Virus record (IMG/VR): IMGVR_UViG_3300025168_000199
Span: 1 to 40,828 of that record
DNA from: a virus
Lineage: Duplodnaviria > Caudoviricetes
Direction: 5' to 3' (one strand)
DNA length: 40,828 bases
Notes under the pieces: generated by a model
The model's input: only the letters and a program-made list of their open reading frames with translations
What the model was told of the DNA's origin: nothing
Databases searched by the model: none
Position numbers and translations under genes: made by a program
Shown here: positions 27,801 to 36,382 of the stretch, piece by piece
Layout: each line of letters opens with the position of its first letter
Position numbering within the stretch: the first letter of the stretch is position 1

Positions 27801-30800
27801 GCTGGAAGTATGAAAGTTGAATTTGTAAATTCAGCCGGAGAGGTTGTAACTGAAGCACTTGTTGGACTCAGTGCAATCGCTAGTCCCATCAACCCTAAAA
27901 GTTCAGAATTTGAAATTGTTCATATTAGTGGTAGTGGTCAACTACGCGGGTTTGAAGGCAGAAGAATAGAAAGTTTGTCTGACCGTGAATTAGAATTCGT
28001 TGAAGGTCTTGCAATCGACCACCTTAAAAATTTAGATTCTACAGCAGTCGATATGAGTCCAATACAAATTAAACAAGGACTAAATGACGCAGGAGAATCT
28101 CCAGTTTTGAAAACTCGTGCGTTGATGACTGCTGTTAAAGCAGAAATTGCACGTCGCCAAGAGACGGCAGAAACACAAGCACAGCCGCAGCCTGATACTG
28201 CCCCGGTCGCAGGCGTTACTCAGGAGGACATTGACGCAGAGCCTGACCCGACCGTGCAGTTTGCTGCCGCTCCTCCTGTCCAGTCGCCTGAGTTCCGCCG
28301 GTGGTTTAAGAACTCAAAGGTAGTAGATAATCAGGGCAAACCGCAGGTTGTTTACCACGGCACTAAGCGTGAATTCTCCAAGTTTGAGTCTAGGTTTCCT
28401 GAACTCAAACTTTTGTTCTTTACTGAAGATTCCAAGTTCGCATCTGATTGGATGGATGGGCAGGGTGGTGTGAGGCAGGCTTCTGACGAAGTTATTTCAG
28501 AAGCCAACGAAATGCGAGCATACGAAAGGCAGTTGTATGACGAGTTGGGCATTAGAGATATTGATCCTAGCACTGATGCCGGTCTTGCAGCATTCGATCA
28601 AATCCAGCAAACAATCAAAGATCGCATGACAGAGCGATTTGGATTTGAATCGGCAAGCAGGTACAAAGACGTAGGTGGCACTCGTGTTATGCCTGTTTAC
28701 TTGTCGGTACAAAAGTTGTTTGACCCTCGCAAGCATTGGAATTCAATCGAACTTGAATCAAACAGTCCGCAATACATTGAAGCCGCTAAACGTGGAACAT
28801 GGATCGTTTACGAAAACGAAAACACTATCGACCAAATCAAAGCACTTGGTTACGACGGAATACGTTTAGCAGAGTCTACTTTGGAAGACGCACCGCTAAA
28901 CACAATTGCGGTATTTGACCCGACTCAAATAAAGTCAGCCACTGCCAACGTCGGAACCTACGACCCAAGTAACCCTGACATCCAGTTTGCTGCTAGGCGT
29001 AAAGACGAACTAGAAATACAATTTGCAGCCAAGCCGCCAAACGCACCAAATGAACGAGTGCGATCTCTAGCACGCGGCTACATGAATTCCGTTGGAATGA
29101 ACTATGAAGAGCGGGCTGGTGAATATGTTGAGATTGATCCAGTAGTAGGAATGCAAATTGCAGACGCATTTGACGCAATGCAACATTCGCCAACCGACCC
29201 TGCGGTAATTGAATCGTACAACGCGCTTAAGAAAGAAACGCTTGACCAGTATGACTATCTGATTGCAAACGGTGTACAACTAATACCGTGGGCTGGAAAA
29301 GGTGAGCCGTATCCATTCCCAAATGGCAGCAAGTTAATGGCTGAAGATGTACAGGCAAACGAGCGTCTGTATTACTTCAAAACAATTAATCCTGAAGAAG
29401 AAGTATCGTTTGGTCAGGGCGAAGGCGTGCAAGGTAATCCGTTGTTGGATGATGTGGGCCGTCCAGTTCGCGACTCTGTTGGAAACATGCACAGCCAAAC
29501 GTATAACGACCTATTCAGAGCAGTGCATGATTACTTTGGTCACTCTAAAGAAGGTTACGGGTTTGGTCCGCGTGGAGAAGAAAACGCATGGGTAGTGCAT
29601 TCGCGTATGTACAGTTCACTCGCACGTCGTTCGATGACAACGGAAACGCGAGGACAGAACAACTGGGTCAATTGGAACAAGGATTATGGCCAAAGGCTTG
29701 ATGGCACTCCAATCGTTCGCGGGGACGAAGATTACATACCGCTTGCAGACAGGCCATATGCAGAACAAAAAATTGGTTTGTTGCCTAAAGAATATGTTCA
29801 GTTTGCTGCTCGCGTAGAACGAGGCACGTTGCCATTGGGCAGCAAGTCTGATGCAACGCCGCGAACATACAGATTGCGTCACATAAGCAAAGAAGACAGA
29901 ACAGATGTTGGTTTGTCATTAGAATACGCGGGAAGTTCTACAGCCAACCGAGACGAAAGACAGCGATATCAATCTGATCCTAGCGATCGCGAGTTGCATT
30001 TCTACACGGAAAAAGCTCAGGCTGAATACATCGTGCTTACCAATAACAAGGTGTCGCATGATGTTGAAACAGAACTGCGTATTTTGAGATTCGGTTCGCC
30101 TGAACACGCAAGTATGTTTAACAAACTTGTAGAAAGGCGACAGAAAACCAACGCATGGGGAATTGCAGACAACCGAAGATACTTTCAAGAACTAAAACGA
30201 GAGGCGATTGCAGAAGGCTACGACGCTGTTGAAAACCCTATGATTGGACACGTCGTTGTGCTACGCGACGTGGCAGCCTCAGACATAGTAAACGCTCAGA
30301 CGCTTGATAGTGATCTAAAAAACCAACTGGCTCAGAACGTACAGTTTGCAGCGAGAAAGCAAGAACAAGTTTCAGAAAAACGATTGTCTTTAAGTAACGC
30401 TAGAGAAGTAATACCTACGGGCGGCAAAAAAGAAAAAAAGACGGTTACTGTTAAAGATGCAGCAGCCGCCATCATGCGGCCTCGTACAGATTACAAAGAC
30501 GAAAAGCAATTCAACGCGGCGGTTGACCGTGCCGTTCGTATGGTTGAACTTCAACTTGATCAAGAACAAAGTGGGTTAGGTTGGTACAACAAAGACATTG
30601 TCAGCGCGTGGGTTGAAACATCCAAAGTTTATCCTGAACTCGCAGATCCTAAACGCCACATTGAAAAACAAGTTTTCTTGTCGATTGCAGCGGTTCTCTC
30701 AAACGGGCAGCAAGCCCCTGCTAATTGGCAAGACGCGGCTTACGCATATGGAGAATACAAAAAGACAGGTCGCATACCAAAGAGACGCGAGGCGGGGACA

Positions 30801-33800
30801 CTTTATGGAACACGAGGCAACACAATTGCACAGCAATTCTCTGCACTCGAACATATGTTCGATGTAATGGGAGAAGCCAACACCGCAATATGGTTGACCT
30901 CACAGAAAACAGTTGACGAGATGCGATCAATACGTCGCGGTGCTGCAAAAGACCCACGTCTTGCAGACAGTAGTTTTAAAAACGACGCGATGTATAAAGA
31001 GTCTCGGACCATGTCTATTGCGGGTCGCAAGAACGTAACCAAATACGGCGCTTATGTGCTTGGTGAAAAGATTGGTCCGTTTTTCTTGAATCTAAATGGC
31101 ATAGACGAAACTACAATTGACGTGTGGGCAATGCGTACGTTTGGCAGAGAGTTCGGAATTCTCTTAGATAATCCATCAAAAGAAACTGGTGTGCATGACG
31201 CACCGACAGGCATCGAAAGGCCGTACGCCAAACGGTTTTTTGAAGAGATAGGAAAACGACTTGGAATCAAAGAACAAGATGCGCAAGCAGTCGCTTGGTT
31301 TGCAGAAAAAGAACTCTACCTCGCAGCCGGAGTCAAGTCAGCAAAGACTTGGTACTTCAGCGACGGAGCAAGAAAATTCGTTAAATCACCCAGTGGGCAG
31401 AGCAGCGTGCGAACGGCTGCACCGACTGTTGGAGCAGGAAGTTCAATCCAGTTCGCAGCCCGACGTTCCCTCACAAAGAAAGAAAAAACCCGTTGGCTGA
31501 CTGGTCAGGTCAAAGATCCTGAACTTCTTGAGATGCAGGCTAAGTACAGGTCTGCTAGTCCGATTGCGAAAGAAGCCTACCGCGAGGGCCGACGTGAAGC
31601 CAAGGCCGAGGCTAAGGAAAAACGCGAGGTCTACACGACTGCGGCCAAGGGTATCTTAGAGGTCGCACGCAATCGGCAGAGAAAACTCAAGTCAGGCTTT
31701 AAAGACATCGAGAAGATGCGTCGCGAGTTGCGTCAGTTGATGCAGAAGGTGTTGTCGCCGAAAGATCGTGGTCGCTACCTCGGGATGCTTGACGACGTGC
31801 GAACCGAAGCCAAAATGAAAGCCGCTTTGCAGCGAATTATCAATAAGGCGGCTAAGTCTGGATGGTCGGACGAGGTTGACAGATACAGGCGTGCAGTCAG
31901 ACGTGTTGGTCGTCACAAGAACATTCCTGACTCGGTAGGCAAAGAACTGGAAGAGTTGGTTGAGCGTGGCAAACAGCAAAGCACCGAGAAGGTTGCCATC
32001 AAGTCTGGCCCGGACACCGGCAAACTAACTACACGCAAGAAAAACATTGGCGGCGTGAAGGCTAACGTCGAGGCAACTACCGACTTGGTAAAGACAACCG
32101 ACGAGATACTAGAGAAATTGCTGGCTGCACTCGAAAACAAACGAGTCACCAAAGAAGGTCGCGGTGTAATGATTGGCATAGCGATTGACGCGATTGTCGA
32201 AGATTTGCGGGCAGGTGCAAATCCGCTTAAACGATCAATAAAAGTGAGAGGCAAAAAGGGAGACGCAACTACTGCGCAAAATGAAATTAAAACCGGCAAG
32301 TTTATGACCGCGTTGTTGTGGCACAGACAAATCCCCAACATCATCAAAGTAATTACTCGTGATCCAAACGGTAACGGGGTATTTCACAAGTTGTTTGTTG
32401 ATGACATGCGTGCTGCTGAATCTAACATGGAGTTGCGAAAGCAGCAGATAATCGCAGAACTAGAAGAAGCAGCGAAACTTGCTGGTTTCAAGAGCCTTGA
32501 AGACGCAAGCGTACGACTTGACGCTTCTCACGGTATTGGGCTGGCTAACCCGTTAATCGAAATAACGCTTGGCGGAAAAAAAGTACAACTGCTCGAAGGC
32601 GAGTTGTTGCACTTGGCGTTAATGGACGCCGGTACTGTTGAGCAGATAATTTACGACAACGTGCCGCTGAAAATTGCAAGGGCTGGTGATTCTGCTATTG
32701 CGTTCCAGAATGTAACAGACCAAGAGTACACAGAAGCAATCAAGAAACTAGACCCAAAGGTTCTGGCTTATGGTCAATACTTGAAAGACAAAATCAATTC
32801 GCTGTCCTCTGAAATGCAACAAGCGTTGCGAAAGTTGCAGGGCTACGACGCGGAAATGATTCCTGATTACTACCCAGTTTCACGCGACCTTTCGGAAACT
32901 AAATTTGGTTCTGAAGTTGACATGGACAACATGCTTAGGGGTAAGACTGGAGTTGGGCAGTCAGCAATTTTGTTTGCAGAGAATTCAGGCCAGACAAGGT
33001 CGCGTGTTAAAAACAAGAACGCAATCTTTGTCAAGCCTGCTACCAACGTGTTTAGCCAGAACATTGATTCGACGTTGCGAATTATCTACATGGCGGAGCC
33101 TATACGCAATGCCGACGCCATTTCTCGCGACCCTCGGGTCAAGCAAGAGATAACAAGCCGCCACGGTACTCGGGTATACAAAGCTCTGCGTCAGTACCTT
33201 GCAGAAGCGTCAGGCATCAACGAGCATCAGGCTGGCGGACTTGGCACGTTCTTTAGATGGATGACTAGTAACCTCGCTGGGTCATACATTGCCTTGAACC
33301 CAAGCACGATGCTTATTCAGTTCTCTGGTATTCCACGCTTGTACGGTCGTGTCAATATGCTTGACATTACCAAGGGCATCACTTGGGCCACGGCAAACAT
33401 CAAACAACTTGGTTCTATCATGGAGCAACATGGTTACTTTGCTGACCGTTGGTCGCGTTCTACAATTACACGATTCGGCCCACAACAATACAGTGGGCTT
33501 GTGCCGGTCAACAAGGATGGTTTCATGCGTGGCGTGACCGACGCCTTGGTGTCGTTGACAAGAATGGATATGAAATCTTTTAACAAGTCGTGGCGATCAG
33601 CAAACGATTCGATTCAAGTCCTTGACGCGATCGACAAGTTTATATGTGGCGTTGCGTACGGTGCGAACTTGGCAAAGGCCAAACGTGAGTCTCCACAGTT
33701 GTCGGAGGCAAACTTGCAAGAACGTGCCTTGGAGGGTGCGGTTCTGGACATACGCGAAACTCAGAACAGTAGTAGTCGTTTGGACCTCTCGGTGTCTGCA

Positions 33801-34721
33801 TCTGATTGGCGCAGGTCACCAGCGGGTGAAGCGTTCCTCCTGTTCTCGTCAGACAGGTTCACGCTCTTGAATCGTCTTGCACACGGCAAGCGTTTGCTGC
33901 AAGAAGGAAACAAGGCCGAAGGCGCTCGCATCATTATGGGTTCGATGATGTCGATGGCGGCAGAAGTCCCCATACGTCAGGCGTACTGGACGATGATCAC
34001 CGCTGGGGTGTTTGCGTTGTTTGGCGGAGAAGACGACGACCGCAAAAAGGCCGAGCGCGCCCAGAAGGCGGAAGAGGTCTGGTACACCAACATTGTGAGA
34101 TCGTTCGTAGGCATGAGTCCAATCTTCGGCGGCCTGTTTGAAACAGGTGCGTCAATGTTTATGGACAAGATGTACTCGGACGCTTTCTTGAGTTCAGCAG
34201 CGGGCGACGCTGTCGCCAACATCGCGAGAAACGGCAAGCGGGCAACGAGCGAATTTATGAAACTGACTGACGAAGAACAGGAGTTCGCAGTTGAAGTGGC
34301 TATCTCCAGCACCGTCAACATGCTCAGTCAAATTGCAGCCCTAACCACCGGCAACCCGTTGCACCCAATCGTCAACAAACTTATGCGTGGCTGGGCCGGG
34401 AACGGCAACGACCCTGTTGGCGACCTGAACAAACTCGACACCTACTACAGCGGTGTTGAAGAGTTGACCGACGAGCAACGTGAAAACGCAGACGAAGTCA
34501 AGCGTGAGAACAAGGGCATCAAGAGACAAGCCAGCAGAATACGCAGCCAAATAAAAGCCCTGCGTGTTCGTGCCGCTGCGGGCGAAAGCATCGAGGCTGA
34601 GATGCGTGGGTTGCAAGTTCGCATGGCCGAGTTGGAGTTGCGGTCGATGAAGATACTCGGATACGACACAGAAGACTTGCAAGAGTACGCCGACGAGAAG
34701 GGCATCAGTCTCGAACAATGA
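24855..34721 (+). CDS. Giant polyvalent ejection protein (3288 aa): zincin metallopeptidase, ADP-ribosyltransferase, HDxxGH domain, second ART-like domain, HhH-glycosylase-like domain, helical C-terminal core
   Basis: HELFH at aa 756. FRRWFKNSKVVD..GKP.VVYHGT...VFDPTQIKS (ART-PolyVal-type). FRAVHDYFGH...ETRGQN. GWY...LS.....NW...GEKIGPFFLN...TIDVW..R...QA..W. Confidence 0.85.
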   Translation: MTQLDLSFDSVFGNQPAAAPKNNIDLSFDSVFGNAPYGYRVDGTPKGEGWLGLIPMNDGRQMSELSVGVEFDGKETLIPAIVPGLSDEQIDYLKAGGDPRENREIMQMAQDHAMQRMRAGKGPFADADYEKPKPSFLDRDKERFDIGRGVMRQAQEYLDSGKPIENIDEDILSFMLSDDSRGEYVLEEKQYNDLRQALQDRQSEELGTFSGIISEVTDQLKRPARGLIETIASTPQSMGRAYETFRETAMGLVDTDTSLGQAIDIVSRQMLNEQTGKMIKGGEALDDVSRELLETELFVNKAAEINLSLTDWRTWAYTVGKGIGQMAAMIVAGATAGPAGVAIIGYGMGADQIYDGVYDVLGKAEGMPEAERDRIAREYALVGGSISAVLEMAGIEKVLGRIGKNKTTLGQYFKDIAVASMAEGLTEAAQTSLEQTLNYMADETIPMDDRVNIATKFVENMFTSETALAAGTGAIVGGGAVAVGSPVTSRIDEKKLRKKFVEPYVRDRQPEPEQIEIEGQPYIRQESTGNLIPATLENIVQEREAQRATIEEDLQTKEAEDIEDIEATGEKFVVVRDGEIVGEFDPAGSDELNESLRASGRDPDETDMQDFAFDEAERVAAVEGGEVMVESEYLRDTREQQAAERRSTLAETDPELIELTPAEQSLQVIDRAATAESKNNVQHTSRVMTTRESSPAARKIQAIGEKAGLEVVVIETQTSDGSVAEFPAVIDPNNSRRIFVSDSGSQRDMLELVFGHELFHTLEKENPDLYDALISQLPSKFRQALARYSETGLLGSDPSVSKLLSEGFAQLTQDSLLGLGTESLFDGDATKIQRFKDFVRRMMVKLGMRGKWAKDVLNVMEQIAGGVDLADIGLTKKQESRVDRLRRDAERNKPKQPRQTRQPEQTQQPPQTAVQTEGEPVAQEPTAQDPVVINYEDTKGDVGSDVEVEPKDYYPNANVGDNIHVYDIDGNRRTARVAAISDAGSMKVEFVNSAGEVVTEALVGLSAIASPINPKSSEFEIVHISGSGQLRGFEGRRIESLSDRELEFVEGLAIDHLKNLDSTAVDMSPIQIKQGLNDAGESPVLKTRALMTAVKAEIARRQETAETQAQPQPDTAPVAGVTQEDIDAEPDPTVQFAAAPPVQSPEFRRWFKNSKVVDNQGKPQVVYHGTKREFSKFESRFPELKLLFFTEDSKFASDWMDGQGGVRQASDEVISEANEMRAYERQLYDELGIRDIDPSTDAGLAAFDQIQQTIKDRMTERFGFESASRYKDVGGTRVMPVYLSVQKLFDPRKHWNSIELESNSPQYIEAAKRGTWIVYENENTIDQIKALGYDGIRLAESTLEDAPLNTIAVFDPTQIKSATANVGTYDPSNPDIQFAARRKDELEIQFAAKPPNAPNERVRSLARGYMNSVGMNYEERAGEYVEIDPVVGMQIADAFDAMQHSPTDPAVIESYNALKKETLDQYDYLIANGVQLIPWAGKGEPYPFPNGSKLMAEDVQANERLYYFKTINPEEEVSFGQGEGVQGNPLLDDVGRPVRDSVGNMHSQTYNDLFRAVHDYFGHSKEGYGFGPRGEENAWVVHSRMYSSLARRSMTTETRGQNNWVNWNKDYGQRLDGTPIVRGDEDYIPLADRPYAEQKIGLLPKEYVQFAARVERGTLPLGSKSDATPRTYRLRHISKEDRTDVGLSLEYAGSSTANRDERQRYQSDPSDRELHFYTEKAQAEYIVLTNNKVSHDVETELRILRFGSPEHASMFNKLVERRQKTNAWGIADNRRYFQELKREAIAEGYDAVENPMIGHVVVLRDVAASDIVNAQTLDSDLKNQLAQNVQFAARKQEQVSEKRLSLSNAREVIPTGGKKEKKTVTVKDAAAAIMRPRTDYKDEKQFNAAVDRAVRMVELQLDQEQSGLGWYNKDIVSAWVETSKVYPELADPKRHIEKQVFLSIAAVLSNGQQAPANWQDAAYAYGEYKKTGRIPKRREAGTLYGTRGNTIAQQFSALEHMFDVMGEANTAIWLTSQKTVDEMRSIRRGAAKDPRLADSSFKNDAMYKESRTMSIAGRKNVTKYGAYVLGEKIGPFFLNLNGIDETTIDVWAMRTFGREFGILLDNPSKETGVHDAPTGIERPYAKRFFEEIGKRLGIKEQDAQAVAWFAEKELYLAAGVKSAKTWYFSDGARKFVKSPSGQSSVRTAAPTVGAGSSIQFAARRSLTKKEKTRWLTGQVKDPELLEMQAKYRSASPIAKEAYREGRREAKAEAKEKREVYTTAAKGILEVARNRQRKLKSGFKDIEKMRRELRQLMQKVLSPKDRGRYLGMLDDVRTEAKMKAALQRIINKAAKSGWSDEVDRYRRAVRRVGRHKNIPDSVGKELEELVERGKQQSTEKVAIKSGPDTGKLTTRKKNIGGVKANVEATTDLVKTTDEILEKLLAALENKRVTKEGRGVMIGIAIDAIVEDLRAGANPLKRSIKVRGKKGDATTAQNEIKTGKFMTALLWHRQIPNIIKVITRDPNGNGVFHKLFVDDMRAAESNMELRKQQIIAELEEAAKLAGFKSLEDASVRLDASHGIGLANPLIEITLGGKKVQLLEGELLHLALMDAGTVEQIIYDNVPLKIARAGDSAIAFQNVTDQEYTEAIKKLDPKVLAYGQYLKDKINSLSSEMQQALRKLQGYDAEMIPDYYPVSRDLSETKFGSEVDMDNMLRGKTGVGQSAILFAENSGQTRSRVKNKNAIFVKPATNVFSQNIDSTLRIIYMAEPIRNADAISRDPRVKQEITSRHGTRVYKALRQYLAEASGINEHQAGGLGTFFRWMTSNLAGSYIALNPSTMLIQFSGIPRLYGRVNMLDITKGITWATANIKQLGSIMEQHGYFADRWSRSTITRFGPQQYSGLVPVNKDGFMRGVTDALVSLTRMDMKSFNKSWRSANDSIQVLDAIDKFICGVAYGANLAKAKRESPQLSEANLQERALEGAVLDIRETQNSSSRLDLSVSASDWRRSPAGEAFLLFSSDRFTLLNRLAHGKRLLQEGNKAEGARIIMGSMMSMAAEVPIRQAYWTMITAGVFALFGGEDDDRKKAERAQKAEEVWYTNIVRSFVGMSPIFGGLFETGASMFMDKMYSDAFLSSAAGDAVANIARNGKRATSEFMKLTDEEQEFAVEVAISSTVNMLSQIAALTTGNPLHPIVNKLMRGWAGNGNDPVGDLNKLDTYYSGVEELTDEQRENADEVKRENKGIKRQASRIRSQIKALRVRAAAGESIEAEMRGLQVRMAELELRSMKILGYDTEDLQEYADEKGISLEQ

Positions 34722-34764
34722 AACAGTGGTGCGGGGGTCGCACATAAAACATAGGTGAAATGTC

Positions 34765-35535
34765 ATGGACGACAGATCATTCGTAGCGTTTAGTTGTTTG
34801 CACGCACCGTTGCACGACCGAGAAGCGGTGGCTTGGCTTATTGAATTGATTGCTAAGGAGCAGCCCGATGTTGTCGTCAACCTTGGCGACGGTCACGAGA
34901 TGGACTGGGCCTCGAAGTGGGACTCGGAGTCGGAGTGTTCCGCACTCGAAGAGTACGAGTCGCACAACGAGATCATGAAGGAGATCCGACTGGCAGCCCC
35001 TGATGCTCGTCGAGTTTTTCTTCCCGGCAATCACGAGTGGCGATTGTTTAAACCGCAGGTTCCCGAACAGATTCGATCTGCGTTGCACTGGAAACAACAC
35101 GAGCCAGAGTTGCGTGACCACTGGGAACACCCGGTGCAGTACCTGAACTGTCGTCACCGTGGTGTGTTCCGACTTGGTCAGGTTGTGTTCAACCACGGGT
35201 TCGCGGTGTCGGCGTCCAGTGTCAAGAAGGAAACATGCACGCTCACCCGCGAGTGGGGGCTGTACGTTCACGGTCACCTGCATCGTGCGACGCAGCCGGG
35301 TCCACCGGAGCGTGTGCAGATGACGGCGAACTGGTTAGGAAACTGGTGGCGAGCGAACCCCGGTTGTCTTCGAGACTTAAAACCTGCGTACATGGGGATG
35401 CTTGATTCCTCGTCATGGTCGCAGGGCGCAGTCATCGGTCGTGCGCAAATGATCAAGTCACCCAGAGCGAAGCGGTGCTGGGATTGTCGCACCGAAATCT
35501 TCCGAACCTACGACGAGTGGAGCGAGCGACAGTGA
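34765..35535 (+). CDS. Calcineurin-like metallophosphoesterase
   Basis: SCLH, LGD, GNHE, HG and GHLH motifs. Confidence 0.88.
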   Translation: MDDRSFVAFSCLHAPLHDREAVAWLIELIAKEQPDVVVNLGDGHEMDWASKWDSESECSALEEYESHNEIMKEIRLAAPDARRVFLPGNHEWRLFKPQVPEQIRSALHWKQHEPELRDHWEHPVQYLNCRHRGVFRLGQVVFNHGFAVSASSVKKETCTLTREWGLYVHGHLHRATQPGPPERVQMTANWLGNWWRANPGCLRDLKPAYMGMLDSSSWSQGAVIGRAQMIKSPRAKRCWDCRTEIFRTYDEWSERQ

Positions 35536-35798
35536 ACGATCACCCCGAACGTGTTGCAATGGTTGAGTGGATCGACATTGAGGACTGCACGAGTCCTGCG
35601 TGGGTTCCGCGACGTGAGGCAAAGCGTGACGCGAAGACAAGGTTCAAACCGCTGTTCAGTGTGGGCTACGTGATCTACGAGGACGACGAGCGGATCTGCT
35701 TGGCCTCGACGTGGGGGCCGGACACCAGCGGCGTGTTGAAACTGCCCAAGGGAATCTGCAAGTCCATTGTGTACCTTGATGTACATGAATGCAGTTGA
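35532..35798 (+). CDS. Conserved small phage protein (VEWxD...SVG...LAST...PKG type)
   Basis: GTGA overlap with the upstream stop; motif pattern familiar from phage hypotheticals. Confidence 0.7.
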   Translation: MNDHPERVAMVEWIDIEDCTSPAWVPRREAKRDAKTRFKPLFSVGYVIYEDDERICLASTWGPDTSGVLKLPKGICKSIVYLDVHECS

Positions 35799-35800
35799 AC

Positions 35801-35864
35801 GCATACTAGAATCTACGAATACATACTAATACCCCTTGACACCTGCTAATGCATGCATTACGCT
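35801..35864 (+). promoter_or_regulatory. Rightward early sigma70 promoter with a 10-bp direct-repeat array and a 14-bp palindrome
   Basis: TTGACA 35836-35841, 17-nt spacer, TACGCT 35859-35864. Repeats at 35801, 35811, 35821 and 35841. TAATGCATGCATTA at 35847-35860. Confidence 0.8.
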
Positions 35865-35896
35865 GCTCTTGTCAAATGACCAAAGGAGGCAACGAC

Positions 35897-36382
35897 ATGA
35901 AAACACAACCGAAGGTGACAGCATTGCAACGGAAACTGATTGACGCGGACAACAAACTTCGAGCCATCAACAAGTTACGAAGGGAAATGTTTCTTGAACA
36001 AGAGGCTGCCGCGAAACAGGACAAGGTTAAAGCACAGAATGCGATACGACGAGAAGCCGCACTGGAGATCCTGCGACCCCTTAAAAACAAGTTGAGATCA
36101 GGCCAGCAAGTTACAGGCGCACGCCGCTCCAGTTTTTCAATCAGCATGATTGGTCTTAAAAACACTAACAAGCCTTCATGTGATTTCGTCGTCACGAACG
36201 TGCATATTGGTCGGAAGCACTTCGGCGTTCATGTTAGGTACGAAGGAAGCCAGAAACAGCATTGGGTCAGGGTTGAGAAACTGCACGAACAGGACCACGC
36301 GCTTCACGATGGCACTCAGTGGCTGCCAGCACTAACAGACCCGAATAGGTTGCGGGAACTTGTTGAAGGAGGTGAAGCGTGA
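35897..36382 (+). CDS. Hypothetical early protein (161 aa): coiled-coil plus a small beta domain
   Basis: Start defined by CCAAAGGAGGCAACGACATG. Confidence 0.75.
   Translation: MKTQPKVTALQRKLIDADNKLRAINKLRREMFLEQEAAAKQDKVKAQNAIRREAALEILRPLKNKLRSGQQVTGARRSSFSISMIGLKNTNKPSCDFVVTNVHIGRKHFGVHVRYEGSQKQHWVRVEKLHEQDHALHDGTQWLPALTDPNRLRELVEGGEA

Noticed and set aside
34722-34764. Small hairpin GTGCG-GGGGT-CGCAC after the giant gene as a terminator or ncRNA
   Set aside because: It has only a 5-bp stem and no U-tract. No tRNA-like cloverleaf was seen here or in other intergenic gaps.
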